A stretch of 64,000 nucleotides of DNA from Gemmatales bacterium (GTDB lineage Bacteria > Planctomycetota > Planctomycetia > Gemmatales > HRBIN36). Location of the stretch: contig JBEPZY010000010.1 in NCBI GenBank assembly GCA_041640595.1, positions 749 to 64,748 on the forward strand, given 5' to 3'. Below, piece after piece: positions 31,294-40,687 of this stretch. Made by a program: the position numbers and the translations under genes. Positions within the stretch are counted from its first letter, which is position 1, and each line of letters begins with the position of its first letter. The notes below the pieces were generated by a model that was not told the DNA's origin, did no database searches, and was given only the letters and a program-made list of their open reading frames with translations.

Positions 31294-31539
31294 GTCCTGG
31301 CCGCTACGCGATACGAATCGAACTGGGCGTACCGGCCCTGTAAAAACGGCGGATGACATCGCTCAGAGGGTAGCGCTCTGCGAAGCAAACCAGCTTCCGG
31401 CAGACCGTGGTGTCCAGCTGGCGGTGATGCCGAGATCGCTGCCGGTCGGACAAGCGAAAACCACTCCTTCATTGTCGCCGGCGTCGCTGTGGGTTATGAT
31501 TTGACGGGAGGGTTATCCGAGACAACAGGGAATAGCCTC

Positions 31540-31938
31540 ATGGCAACACGAACTGTGCTGCTGGTGGATGACGATGTGGACATCCTGCAAGGGATGCGGG
31601 TGGTCATCGAAAGTCGCGGCTACCGCGTGTTGACCGCCACCGATGGGAATAGCGGACTGGCTCTGGCGGAAAAAGAGCAACCCGATGTGGTGGTTGTGGA
31701 CATGATGATGCCCAAGAAAAGCGGCTTTTTGGTGCTGGAGCGGCTTAAAAGCCGGAAGCAGAATGCACCACGTGTCATTATGATCACGGCCAATGAAGGC
31801 GGTCGGCACCGGGCTTATGCCGAGATGCTGGGCGTGGATGACTATATCCGCAAACCTTTCGCCATGGAACGCCTCCTCGAAAGCATCGAGCGCCTCTGCC
31901 CGTTGCAGGAAGGAGAAAACGCCTCCTCCAGGCAGTAA
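31540..31938 (+). CDS. Single-domain response regulator
   Basis: LLVDDD, DMMMP, MITA and KPF receiver motifs. Confidence 0.9.
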   Translation: MATRTVLLVDDDVDILQGMRVVIESRGYRVLTATDGNSGLALAEKEQPDVVVVDMMMPKKSGFLVLERLKSRKQNAPRVIMITANEGGRHRAYAEMLGVDDYIRKPFAMERLLESIERLCPLQEGENASSRQ

Positions 31939-32022
31939 GCGCGTGCATGGGCGTTGCCGGCACCGCGTTGCCGAACCGGCCGATCTCGCTTTCACCAGGC
32001 AAAACGTGCCCGCGGACCTCAG

Positions 32023-32119
32023 GGGTATCGCCCTGCCAGAGACGAGCACACTTGCTGGCGCATTCAAATTCGGTACGTTGGCTGATACGGGTGTCGCCCT
32101 GCCAGAGACGAGCACACTT
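32023..32119. repeat. 31-bp direct repeat pair with 35-bp unique spacer
   Basis: gggt(a/g)tcgccctgccagagacgagcacactt at 32023 and 32089; degenerate third start at about 32151. Confidence 0.8.
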
Positions 32120-32268
32120 CCTTGCCATATCCGCGACGACGAGGGTAACCGTGTCGCCGACAGAGAAAGGATCGTACTGATACAAGACCAGCCGTGGTAA
32201 GAATGTTGGGGTAAAATGTGTCGCCCGGATAGGAGGGATCGGGGGTCGGGCCCTGGCGAGGAACACGC

Positions 32269-33558
32269 ATGGCCGAAGTGCTGGTGGCGATGCTGTGGTT
32301 AGCGGTCGGCTGTGCCGTGCCCTGCGCCGCACTGGGAACGTTTCTGGTAGTGCGGCGTATGAGTTTGCTGGGGGATGCGATTAGCCACGCGGTTTTGCCG
32401 GGCATCGCCCTGGGCTTTTTCTGGACGCGCGAATTAGGCAGCTGGTCTCTGGTAGTGGGAGCGGCTGCATTTGGCGTGCTCACTGCTGTGATGTCGCAGT
32501 GGCTGCATCGGCGGGTGCGTTTGCCGGAGGACGTGAGTTTGGGTGTGGTATTCACGGCGTTATTCGCGCTGGGAGTAGCGCTCATCACCTACGCCAGCCG
32601 ACGCTGGCATGTGGACCTCGATCCGGGGTGCGTTTTGTACGGCCAGCTGGAGCTTTCGACGTTGCACTCGGAGACGGTGTTGGGCTGGAAGATTCCGCGG
32701 GCTTTTGTGGAAACTCTCCTGCCGCTCAATGTCCTGGTGCTGGTCGGCATCGTCTTGTTCTGGAAGGAACTGCAACTGGTCAGTTTTGATGTCGAACAGG
32801 CGGAAATTCTGGGATATCGGCCGGGATGGGTGAACCAGGGATTGCTGGTGGCGGTGGCGGTGGTTTGCGTGGCAGTGTTTCGAGAAGTCGGTTCCATTCT
32901 GGTGCTGGCGTTGCTGATTGTACCGGCAGCGACGGCATTGCTGCTGGCCAAGCGTCTGTCGCGCGTGGTGATGATGGCCGTGGGGATCGGCGTGATCGGT
33001 GCGTGCCTGGGCTGTTTGCTCGCGGTGCGCTACAACTGGAATACTGCTGGAAGCATTGCCATGGCCCTGGGCGGATTGTTCGCCGCAGCTTTGCTTCTTG
33101 CGCCCCGTCAGGGAATAGTCGCGCAGGTGGTGCGGCGAGTGGCTTTGCGCTGGCGGATTGTTTGTGAGGACGTGCTGGCCTTTTGTTACCGCATCGAGGA
33201 AGCTGCCCAGAAAGGGCGTTTGCCTCGCGGAACTATTGGCAATACCGACCTGCGACGATTGCTGGGACGCTTCTGGCCGGTGGTGCTGTGGTACCTGCGT
33301 CTGAAGGGCGATCTCATGCCCGCGGCACCCGGATACTGGCAACTCAGCGAATCCGGACGCACACGGGCCAGGCTGATTGTGCGATCGCATCGGTTATGGG
33401 AGACGTGGTTGCAACGCCATTTCCCGCTCCCAGCTGACCATCTCCACGCCATTGCCGAACGCATGGAACATTTCCTGACGCCGGAGTTGCAGGCGGAACT
33501 GGCCGCGGAACTCGGCGAGACTCACGACCCTCACGGTCGGGAAATTCCGCCGGCCTGA
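32269..33558 (+). CDS. Mn/Zn/Fe ABC permease (ABC-3) fused to a DtxR/MntR-like C-terminal domain
   Basis: RRMSLLGDAISHAVLPGIA; C-terminal RSHRLWETWL...AERMEH...DPHGREIP. Confidence 0.85.
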   Translation: MAEVLVAMLWLAVGCAVPCAALGTFLVVRRMSLLGDAISHAVLPGIALGFFWTRELGSWSLVVGAAAFGVLTAVMSQWLHRRVRLPEDVSLGVVFTALFALGVALITYASRRWHVDLDPGCVLYGQLELSTLHSETVLGWKIPRAFVETLLPLNVLVLVGIVLFWKELQLVSFDVEQAEILGYRPGWVNQGLLVAVAVVCVAVFREVGSILVLALLIVPAATALLLAKRLSRVVMMAVGIGVIGACLGCLLAVRYNWNTAGSIAMALGGLFAAALLLAPRQGIVAQVVRRVALRWRIVCEDVLAFCYRIEEAAQKGRLPRGTIGNTDLRRLLGRFWPVVLWYLRLKGDLMPAAPGYWQLSESGRTRARLIVRSHRLWETWLQRHFPLPADHLHAIAERMEHFLTPELQAELAAELGETHDPHGREIPPA

Positions 33559-33612
33559 ACACGGTGTTTTTGGAAAGACGGCATCCATCGGCCCCAACGG
33601 GGTGGCGATCGG

Positions 33613-34536
33613 CTACGGCTGCGCTGAACCGCTCTGGCTGCCAGGAGCGGCACTGCAGCAGAGCAAGGCCGGCGGCGGAACGCGAAAACTCAAAAAGGTG
33701 GGATGCCGATTTCGCCGACCGACCACGGCTGTTTGAATGACCCGACCGTTCGGTGCCAGGAAGGCACTGCGGCGGAAATAGTGCGTATGGCCACTGACGA
33801 CCAGGCAAACCTTCGGTCGCTGCACCACTGCCTGGCCGAGCGTGAGGTTACCGAAATAGGCATTCGAGAAGCTCCAGAATTTGTCTCCCGGTCGTCGGGC
33901 CAACTGGGGTTCCAGAATGGGCACATGGGTCACGACCACGATATGCTCGACGTCGGGGCGAGCCACTGCGGCATCCAGCCGCTGCAAAAATGCCGCACTC
34001 ACCTCTGCCGCAAATTCCAGGTCCGACCAGGGCCAATTGATGCGGTCATCCGTCGAGAAAAAATGCTTCTCCCGCGCATAGACCTCCGGCGAATATCCGA
34101 GGTCGGGCTCGGCAGCGGAGTAATCGTACCAGGCGATGGTGCCGACAATGGCTACGGGCGGGCGAACATAGACCAGGTCTTCGAGCCAGATTCCACCGAC
34201 GCTTTCGATCTGCCGGCGCAATTCGCCCTGCCAGAGTTGCTTACTGCTGGCCCCACCATAAGACGTGTTCGCAGGCAGAAATCTTCCCGCAGGGTCCAGC
34301 CGTTTATCCACGCAACTGGCAGGATATAAATCGTGGTTGCCGGCCAGAACCAGTTTCGGACAGGGAAGTTCGCGGAACAAGGCCAAACAGGGAGCCGAAT
34401 ACGCCGAAGTTTCGCCCAGGTCTCCCGCTAACACCAGCACATCCGGTCGGAGTCGGTGAAGGTCGTACACCAGTCGGAGTAAAACCAGGTCGCTGGTCTT
34501 CGGATAATGCAGGTCGGCGGTGATCGCCAGCAGCAT
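33613..34536 (-). CDS. Metallophosphoesterase
   Basis: ADLH, LAGDL, AGNHD, VTHVP and SGHTH motifs. Confidence 0.85.
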   Translation of the reverse strand: MLLAITADLHYPKTSDLVLLRLVYDLHRLRPDVLVLAGDLGETSAYSAPCLALFRELPCPKLVLAGNHDLYPASCVDKRLDPAGRFLPANTSYGGASSKQLWQGELRRQIESVGGIWLEDLVYVRPPVAIVGTIAWYDYSAAEPDLGYSPEVYAREKHFFSTDDRINWPWSDLEFAAEVSAAFLQRLDAAVARPDVEHIVVVTHVPILEPQLARRPGDKFWSFSNAYFGNLTLGQAVVQRPKVCLVVSGHTHYFRRSAFLAPNGRVIQTAVVGRRNRHPTFLSFRVPPPALLCCSAAPGSQSGSAQP

Positions 34537-34542
34537 ACGGCG

Positions 34543-35394
34543 TTACCAATCGGCCTGCAGGGCAGCATTCTTGTCGCGGAAATGGCGAATGACCTTGAGC
34601 AGGCCCGCCTCATCCAGTCCGGCCAGCAATTCCGGACGCACCCGGCACAGCGCCAGCTTGCCTTTATTTCCGGTAACCAACTGGTACACCTCGCGGATCA
34701 TTTCCGCGGCAGTGCTGGACATGCGGCGAACGTTTTTGAAGTCGAGGAGCACCCGCATGCGTGGTCGTTGCACGGCCTGCAACAATTCCCGACGGATGGA
34801 CTGAATCTCCGCTTCCTCGACGAGATGGATATCGTTGAAGCGAATGGTGGTGATACCGTTTTCCTCGCCGATACGCAGTCGGCCTCGCACCACCCCGCGT
34901 TGCAAAGCGAATTGAGCAAGAATCTGGGCTGCCGCATCCGCTGCGGAAGACGGTCGGGATTCCAGTGCCCGGCTAAGCGGATCCCCACTCTCGGCCTCTT
35001 CTTCAGTATGCTGAAAAGCCTGGTCGAGCGCTTTCAAAGCCCATTCTTCAGCATCGCGCTGGTGCAATTGTTTCTCTTTGAATTGCACCTTGAACTTGGC
35101 CGGGCCTATAGTCAACCGGTCGCCGGCGTGCAGCGGTACTTCCTCTCCTGGCCCCACCGGTTGATCGTTGACCTGGACGATGGCTTCACCGGTGCCGAGA
35201 TTACGAACGAAGACTTTGTTGGTTCGCGTTATAATGGCACAATGCTGTTTCGAGACGCCGGGAGCATTGATCCGCAACTGGCAGGCCGGGTCGTTGCCAA
35301 TCAGAAACAGGTCGCGCTTGATCTCAACGACCGTCCCCTGGTATTTGCCATCGCTGACAACCAGCATGACTCGCATGGCCGGTACCTCCGCCAT
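34543..35394 (-). CDS. FHA domain + C-terminal STAS domain protein
   Basis: IGNDPACQL...VSKQHC...VRNLG (FHA); LLDFKNVRRMSS...GKLALC (STAS). Confidence 0.8.
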   Translation of the reverse strand: MAEVPAMRVMLVVSDGKYQGTVVEIKRDLFLIGNDPACQLRINAPGVSKQHCAIITRTNKVFVRNLGTGEAIVQVNDQPVGPGEEVPLHAGDRLTIGPAKFKVQFKEKQLHQRDAEEWALKALDQAFQHTEEEAESGDPLSRALESRPSSAADAAAQILAQFALQRGVVRGRLRIGEENGITTIRFNDIHLVEEAEIQSIRRELLQAVQRPRMRVLLDFKNVRRMSSTAAEMIREVYQLVTGNKGKLALCRVRPELLAGLDEAGLLKVIRHFRDKNAALQADW

Positions 35395-36266
35395 CTCGCC
35401 GCACGTATCCGCGACTTACTCAGCCCACGCTGTACGGTCAGGTTAGCCCCACCAGACTACTCGCCGCCGGACCTGCGCAGTTGGCCTGTACCTGTATGTC
35501 GCCGCCAGCATCCCGGACATTTTCCCTCGCATTCGGCCAGATAGCGACTGAGTTTGTCCCGGAGTGCTGGCCGTTTCGGCAAGCTGGAGCAGTGTCTCTC
35601 CAGTTGCCGGCAAGCAATACCACGGAGCCGGCGGTACTGCTGGCACACCTGCCACGCTGGAGCAATGCGTCAGCGGAGCATCGTGCGGTTTTTTTCGCAT
35701 GTAAAAAGATAGCTTCAGTCCCGGCCTCGGTTTCGGCTTGATCAGCCGTTATTAGTGTAGCAGAGCCACCCCCACTTTGCCAGTGGCGGCCCCTCGGGAA
35801 ACTGTTCTGTTATTCGCCGAGCGAGAGGTTCAGCCGTTACTGCTTTTCCACTAAGATCCGCTGCAAAAACAACAAGCTCATGGAGAAGCCACAAGCACCA
35901 CCACGATTTCCTGGCCAATGCCTTCCCCCGAAGACAGCGCGGGATTCGCCAGAACGATGTCGGGCCAGGTTAAAAACAGTTCCCAGCGCAGGCAACTTCC
36001 AGGGCCGCGTAATAAGCCCACACGTTGCGGCTCCGAGCAACATCCAGCCATACCAATTGCCCATTCGTGTTCATGCACGGAGGCGGTCATTTGTCCCCCA
36101 AGCGACACGCAGGAATACCCAGTTTTTCGTTGCCTGCATGGCGGAACAGGCTGTAAACCGCGTCAAAAAATGTCCAGGAGGAATACCGATTTCCGGTTGC
36201 CAGCATGTCTTGCAGCGTTTAGCTTAACAAGCGGGAAAAACGCTTCTGCCCTCTGGGAGTTACGCC

Positions 36267-37873
36267 ATGTCGCAAGCGACGACCGAACCGCTGCCCCGCC
36301 TGGTGGATGCTCAGCGTTCGCTCTGGTTTGAGATGACACAGTACATCATGGTGCTGGCCGGGTTTGTACTGCTTACTCTGGGCGTGATCATGTTCATGAG
36401 CGCGGAGGACACCGTTAAGGAAAAACTCAACCTCGCAGGTGAGGACCACGAACCCGCAAAAGTGCAACGTCTGGTCTGGCTCGAACGAGCACTCCATGCC
36501 GGTCAGGCTGGAGTGGGTCTGGCTCTGGTCATTTTAGGATTGACCATTTCCCGAGCGCCTCTCTTTTGCTCGGTAACAGCGAACGTCCTGTTCCTAGCAC
36601 ATCTGGTGGTCAGCCTGGTGTTGGGCGAACCTGATGTATTCAGGCGGGTCAGGTTCGTTATTGCCTTGTTTTTGTTGAATTCCATCTTCTCGGCTCTGGC
36701 ATATCGGCGTGATCTGCGACGAGCAGCGCAGGAACCTGAAATTTTCGAGGGGGAACTCATCAGCGCCCCGCTTATCCCGGAAACTGGCGACACCGTCGGG
36801 GCCAGCACACAGCCAGAAGCATCATTGTTTCCCCCGCCCACCTCTACCGTGGCAACGCAAGCGGTCACGGGGCATCAGGAAACTGACCGTGCGCCAGGGT
36901 CGTCCCGGATTGAAATCGTCGCTCGCCAGCCGATTCCGTGGTTCGGATTGCTTTGCTGCCTGGCAGCATTGGGATTGCTGGGATTTTCTGCACATACGGG
37001 CCAAACCATGTACGCCTGGTGGGCAGTAGCACCGGCGCTTGCGAGTCTGGCACTACTGGCATCCCGCCCAGGCTCCTTCCGTGCCATTTTGCACGACACC
37101 GCTCTGGAAATTCTGCAACCGCGACCAGTCACCATATCCTGGGAGACAATCCAGGCCCTTGTGCCAGCAGGCATAAGGTTGCTCAATCGTTTACTACCGC
37201 CCTCCTCCAATTACCCGATTGCCGTGGTACACAGCCGGGGAAGTTTCGAGATACCGCGACACACCAATCTGCCATCCGACCAGTGACTGGGACTCTTGCT
37301 GGAAAGGATACCATCGACCAGAGGACAAAATCTGCCCCCGCGATTAGTCCCTTACTGGCAGGCACAGGTCAGACTCTGGGGTAAAAGCGGTGTCTATACT
37401 TACTGCAGCCGTGAGGAAATGGGGATGCCGTGGTATAGGCGAAAAACAATCTTGCTCCTAGCTTTGGCGGCGCTGGCAACGGCTGCGATCTGGATAGGCG
37501 GTGCGGATTGGAATGAGATAAAGGTCGCCGGTATGTTGCTAGGTTTTTGGGCGTGGTGGGCTTGCTAGTGATTTCGCCGATTAGCCGCTGGATCAGCCGA
37601 ATGAAAAACTCCGGACTCGTCGTTTCGCCGCGCGGCTTCGCCGTGTTACAAAAACCTTTTATCGGCCACGCCAGCTGGCGAGAAGTGGTCGGGATAAGCT
37701 GGGAGTCGCAACCAGATTTGTCGCTTATCGGTCGCCATGCCGTCGTCGTGACCATCAAAGAGCAGAAAATCCCTATCTACGATATTTACGACCGGCCGTT
37801 GATGACCATTTACCGACAGATGCACTACTACTGGCGGGGTGTGGAACCTGGCGGAGGCTCGCCCGCCGCCTAG
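36267..37873 (+). pseudogene. Disrupted membrane protein gene (in-frame TGA plus frameshift)
   Basis: Frame continues past TGA 37284-37286; one extra T in the T5 run at 37544-37548 would join it to the 37547-37873 ORF. Confidence 0.65.
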
Positions 37874-38191
37874 CTGAAAGCCCAAACCGTTGTCCTCGCC
37901 TAGCGGGCGTGCGAATCCGGCGTAACTACATCAAGGCAGGTGTAGCTTAGCTCCTTTGGTGGATCAGGTACAATGGTCCCATTGCGCGACTCCCGCGTAA
38001 CTACATCAAGGCGGGTGTAACGATGCACTGTGCGGCGTGCAGGTAGCAACTTGCGAATCCGGCGTAACTACATCAAGGCGTCCAAGTAACTGTAACCCGA
38101 ATAGTTGTGCTCGGCCGTATCGGCGGTCTGACTCCAGCATCGCTGCATCAAAGTGTCAAGCAGCTAAAAGCCCAAACGGTTGTCCTCGCCT
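37872..38191. repeat. CRISPR-sized mini-array (3 repeats plus 1 degenerate) bracketed by 30-bp direct repeats
   Basis: cgtaactacatcaaggc at 37921, 37996 and 38063, degenerate at 38138; flanks 37872-37901 and 38162-38191 differ at 2 positions. Confidence 0.75.
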
Positions 38192-38384
38192 TATTCGCTG
38201 CTTCTGATTGCGACGTTACCGGAGCAAGGCCACAGAAAGCCAGCCAGCCGATAACCTATCCGGTGCTTCTGATTGCGACGTTGAATTAGATGACGAAATG
38301 AGGAAAGCGTCCGTACGGGAACTCTTCGGTGCTTTTTATCGCTACCGTTGACGTGAGCCAGGCCGCAGAAGCAGGGTCTTCGCC

Positions 38385-40172
38385 TTAACTGGTGTGCTTT
38401 TTCCGGTACCACATTTCGATAAGCCAGCCGGCGAAAAACGGGGCGTATTCGATCCAGACCCAAACTTCGTGGAAAAATCGGTAGCCAGGCCAACCGGTAC
38501 CCAGAACGTCTGTTCCGCCTTCCGGATAGTGGTAAAAGAACCAGAAATAGAGGTAGTACTGTGCCAGCAATCCCGGGAGCAAATACCAGGCAGTTTGCCG
38601 CGCCCAGGTCAGCCAGGGTAACGCCCACAGAAAATACCAGGGATTGCCCGTCGGCAGGAGCAAAAATAACCAGGCCAGTGCGGTGAAGGTAGTGGCGAAC
38701 CAGTGGCTTTGATTTTCCAGGCTGGCGGATTGCGTTCGCGGGTCGGTAGTGGGTCGCAGTTGCCGTAATGTTCGCCGTACCAGCCAGCCGACCAACCCCA
38801 GGTACACCAGCGCGTGCACACTGTAGGCGAGCACGAAAGCTGGACTCACCGGCACCAGAGCAAAGCGGCGGAGTTCCCCGGCTAGCAATCCCCCTCCGAG
38901 TGCTGTCCAGGCAGTTCGATGAGCAAGTTCTTCCGGTGTATCGGGAGGACAGCGCGGCCAGTAAGACCAGCGCGTGATCCACTCGCGCCAATCCGTCGGT
39001 AACAACCATTCCAGCCCGCGGCGTGTCCAGTGGAAGATAGCGTCATTCATTTCCCACTGGGTCAGGAAAATTGTCAGGCCGGTGAACGGTGTGCGGCTAG
39101 CGGGTGAAGGCAACGCCCACGCGATAGCCCCAACCAGCACCGGCACGGCCACACCGAAAAACCGCCAGTACGCCGATCGCCCACCCGTCGTGCCCATCCA
39201 GGCCAGAAGGATGGGTAACAAGGCCAGCGGGTACGCTTTGGTCAGCACTGCCAGTGCCCAGGCCAATCCGGCCCAACCCCAGCGTTGCCGCAAGCCGCAC
39301 CACCACGCCCAGACACAGAAAAACACCGCCACGCTATCCACGTGCCCGGAATTGGCTACCTCTTTCAAAACCAGCGGACACCAGGCATATACCACCGACC
39401 AGCACAGCGGCAGCCGCATCTCGTTCAGAATGAGCAACAGCGTCAAAAGCGTGGCAACGTCAAAAAGGACGAGCACCGCTTTCAGGACGGTGGTGCGCTC
39501 TTCTACAGTGGAGGTGTCCGGGCAAAACCAGACGGCCACAGCAAACACAACCTGAGCCAGGGGCGGATACGTGGTCGGCATGCCGCCGTGATGGGCCAGC
39601 GCTAACCAGAACAAACGCCGGTTGTGCACGAAATGCTCGCTCAATATTTCCGCCAGGCGCTGGTAGTCGTGTTCCAGTTGCACGGCCAGACCGCGTTGCT
39701 GGCGCTCGTAAGCAACGGTCAGGTGCTCCGCGATTTCTGCCGGCGTGTAGCGATAGGGATTGATTCCGGCAAGCACAAGTCGGCCGTCCCACAGATAGCG
39801 ATACAGATCGGCTTCTTGAATCGGTCGGGTCGGGACGAGGATCAGCCGATAGAGGCCCGCCAGCATCAACACTACCGTCAAAGGCCAGAGCTCCCGCTGA
39901 ATCCAGGTGTTTTTCGAATCGGCGGGTGGGACATGGCGTTGCACGACGTAACATGCCGCTACCCAGGCCATCCAGGCCGCACTCAGCAACACCACCACCT
40001 GCACAATGGGACGCTCGGTATGCCCTTCCCCGAAAACAAAACGTTGCGACAAATAGGCCAGAAATGCGTAAGGCAGCAATGCAACCAGACCGAAAATGAC
40101 CAGCCAGGTCGTAGCACGGGCGGGATTGCCGTCGCCGTTTTGTCGGGTTGTGTGCATTGCCGCCGCGGTCAT
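38385..40172 (-). CDS. GT-C/GT87-like (DUF2029-type) membrane glycosyltransferase
   Basis: DLYRYLWDG, TTYPPLAQ, YAWCPLVLKE..NSGHVD and NPWY motifs; many TM segments. Confidence 0.75.
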   Translation of the reverse strand: MTAAAMHTTRQNGDGNPARATTWLVIFGLVALLPYAFLAYLSQRFVFGEGHTERPIVQVVVLLSAAWMAWVAACYVVQRHVPPADSKNTWIQRELWPLTVVLMLAGLYRLILVPTRPIQEADLYRYLWDGRLVLAGINPYRYTPAEIAEHLTVAYERQQRGLAVQLEHDYQRLAEILSEHFVHNRRLFWLALAHHGGMPTTYPPLAQVVFAVAVWFCPDTSTVEERTTVLKAVLVLFDVATLLTLLLILNEMRLPLCWSVVYAWCPLVLKEVANSGHVDSVAVFFCVWAWWCGLRQRWGWAGLAWALAVLTKAYPLALLPILLAWMGTTGGRSAYWRFFGVAVPVLVGAIAWALPSPASRTPFTGLTIFLTQWEMNDAIFHWTRRGLEWLLPTDWREWITRWSYWPRCPPDTPEELAHRTAWTALGGGLLAGELRRFALVPVSPAFVLAYSVHALVYLGLVGWLVRRTLRQLRPTTDPRTQSASLENQSHWFATTFTALAWLFLLLPTGNPWYFLWALPWLTWARQTAWYLLPGLLAQYYLYFWFFYHYPEGGTDVLGTGWPGYRFFHEVWVWIEYAPFFAGWLIEMWYRKKHTS

Positions 40173-40687
40173 GATTCACGTCTGCCCTGTTGCAGCAGGC
40201 ATTCCAGTCGAGTTTATTGTCCCATGACTGCGGGAAAGTTCGCCACTATCGCGCAGATTGCCGCCATTCCTTTCGAGATTATTGTCTCATTGCTGCCGCG
40301 GTCATGGTTCACGTCCGCCCCAGCGAACATCCCCGAGGGCGATTTTCTGCCTGTTCCTGACTGGCACGCCAGCAAAATTTGGTTCGCACCAGGGCATATT
40401 GTGTCGCGTAGCTGCTATTTGCGAAAGGGCCCATACGGCAGTGCGAAAACAGGAGTGAGCAGCCAGCAGAAACCGGCCATCGGCAAACCATAGAAAGCGC
40501 GGCAGTGCATAAAAGACGGAATGAGCAGTAACCACGAACACGGAGCAGCCAGCGATAAACGAAAACACACGCGGCAGTGTACGAAAGGCGTTATTTCGGC
40601 TGATGCAGTCAGTCGGCATGCTCGAATTTCACCAGTCGCCAACGCATCGGGCGGAGCGGCGACAGCTGGGCCTGTTGTGCCGGTCGG

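Noticed and set aside
37284-37286. Selenocysteine or recoded TGA
   Set aside because: No redox motif context and a second lesion (frameshift) in the same gene; other genes use TGA as a normal stop
37872-38191. Bona fide CRISPR-Cas locus
   Set aside because: No cas genes or clear leader, few and divergent repeats, irregular period; kept only as a CRISPR-sized array of unknown nature
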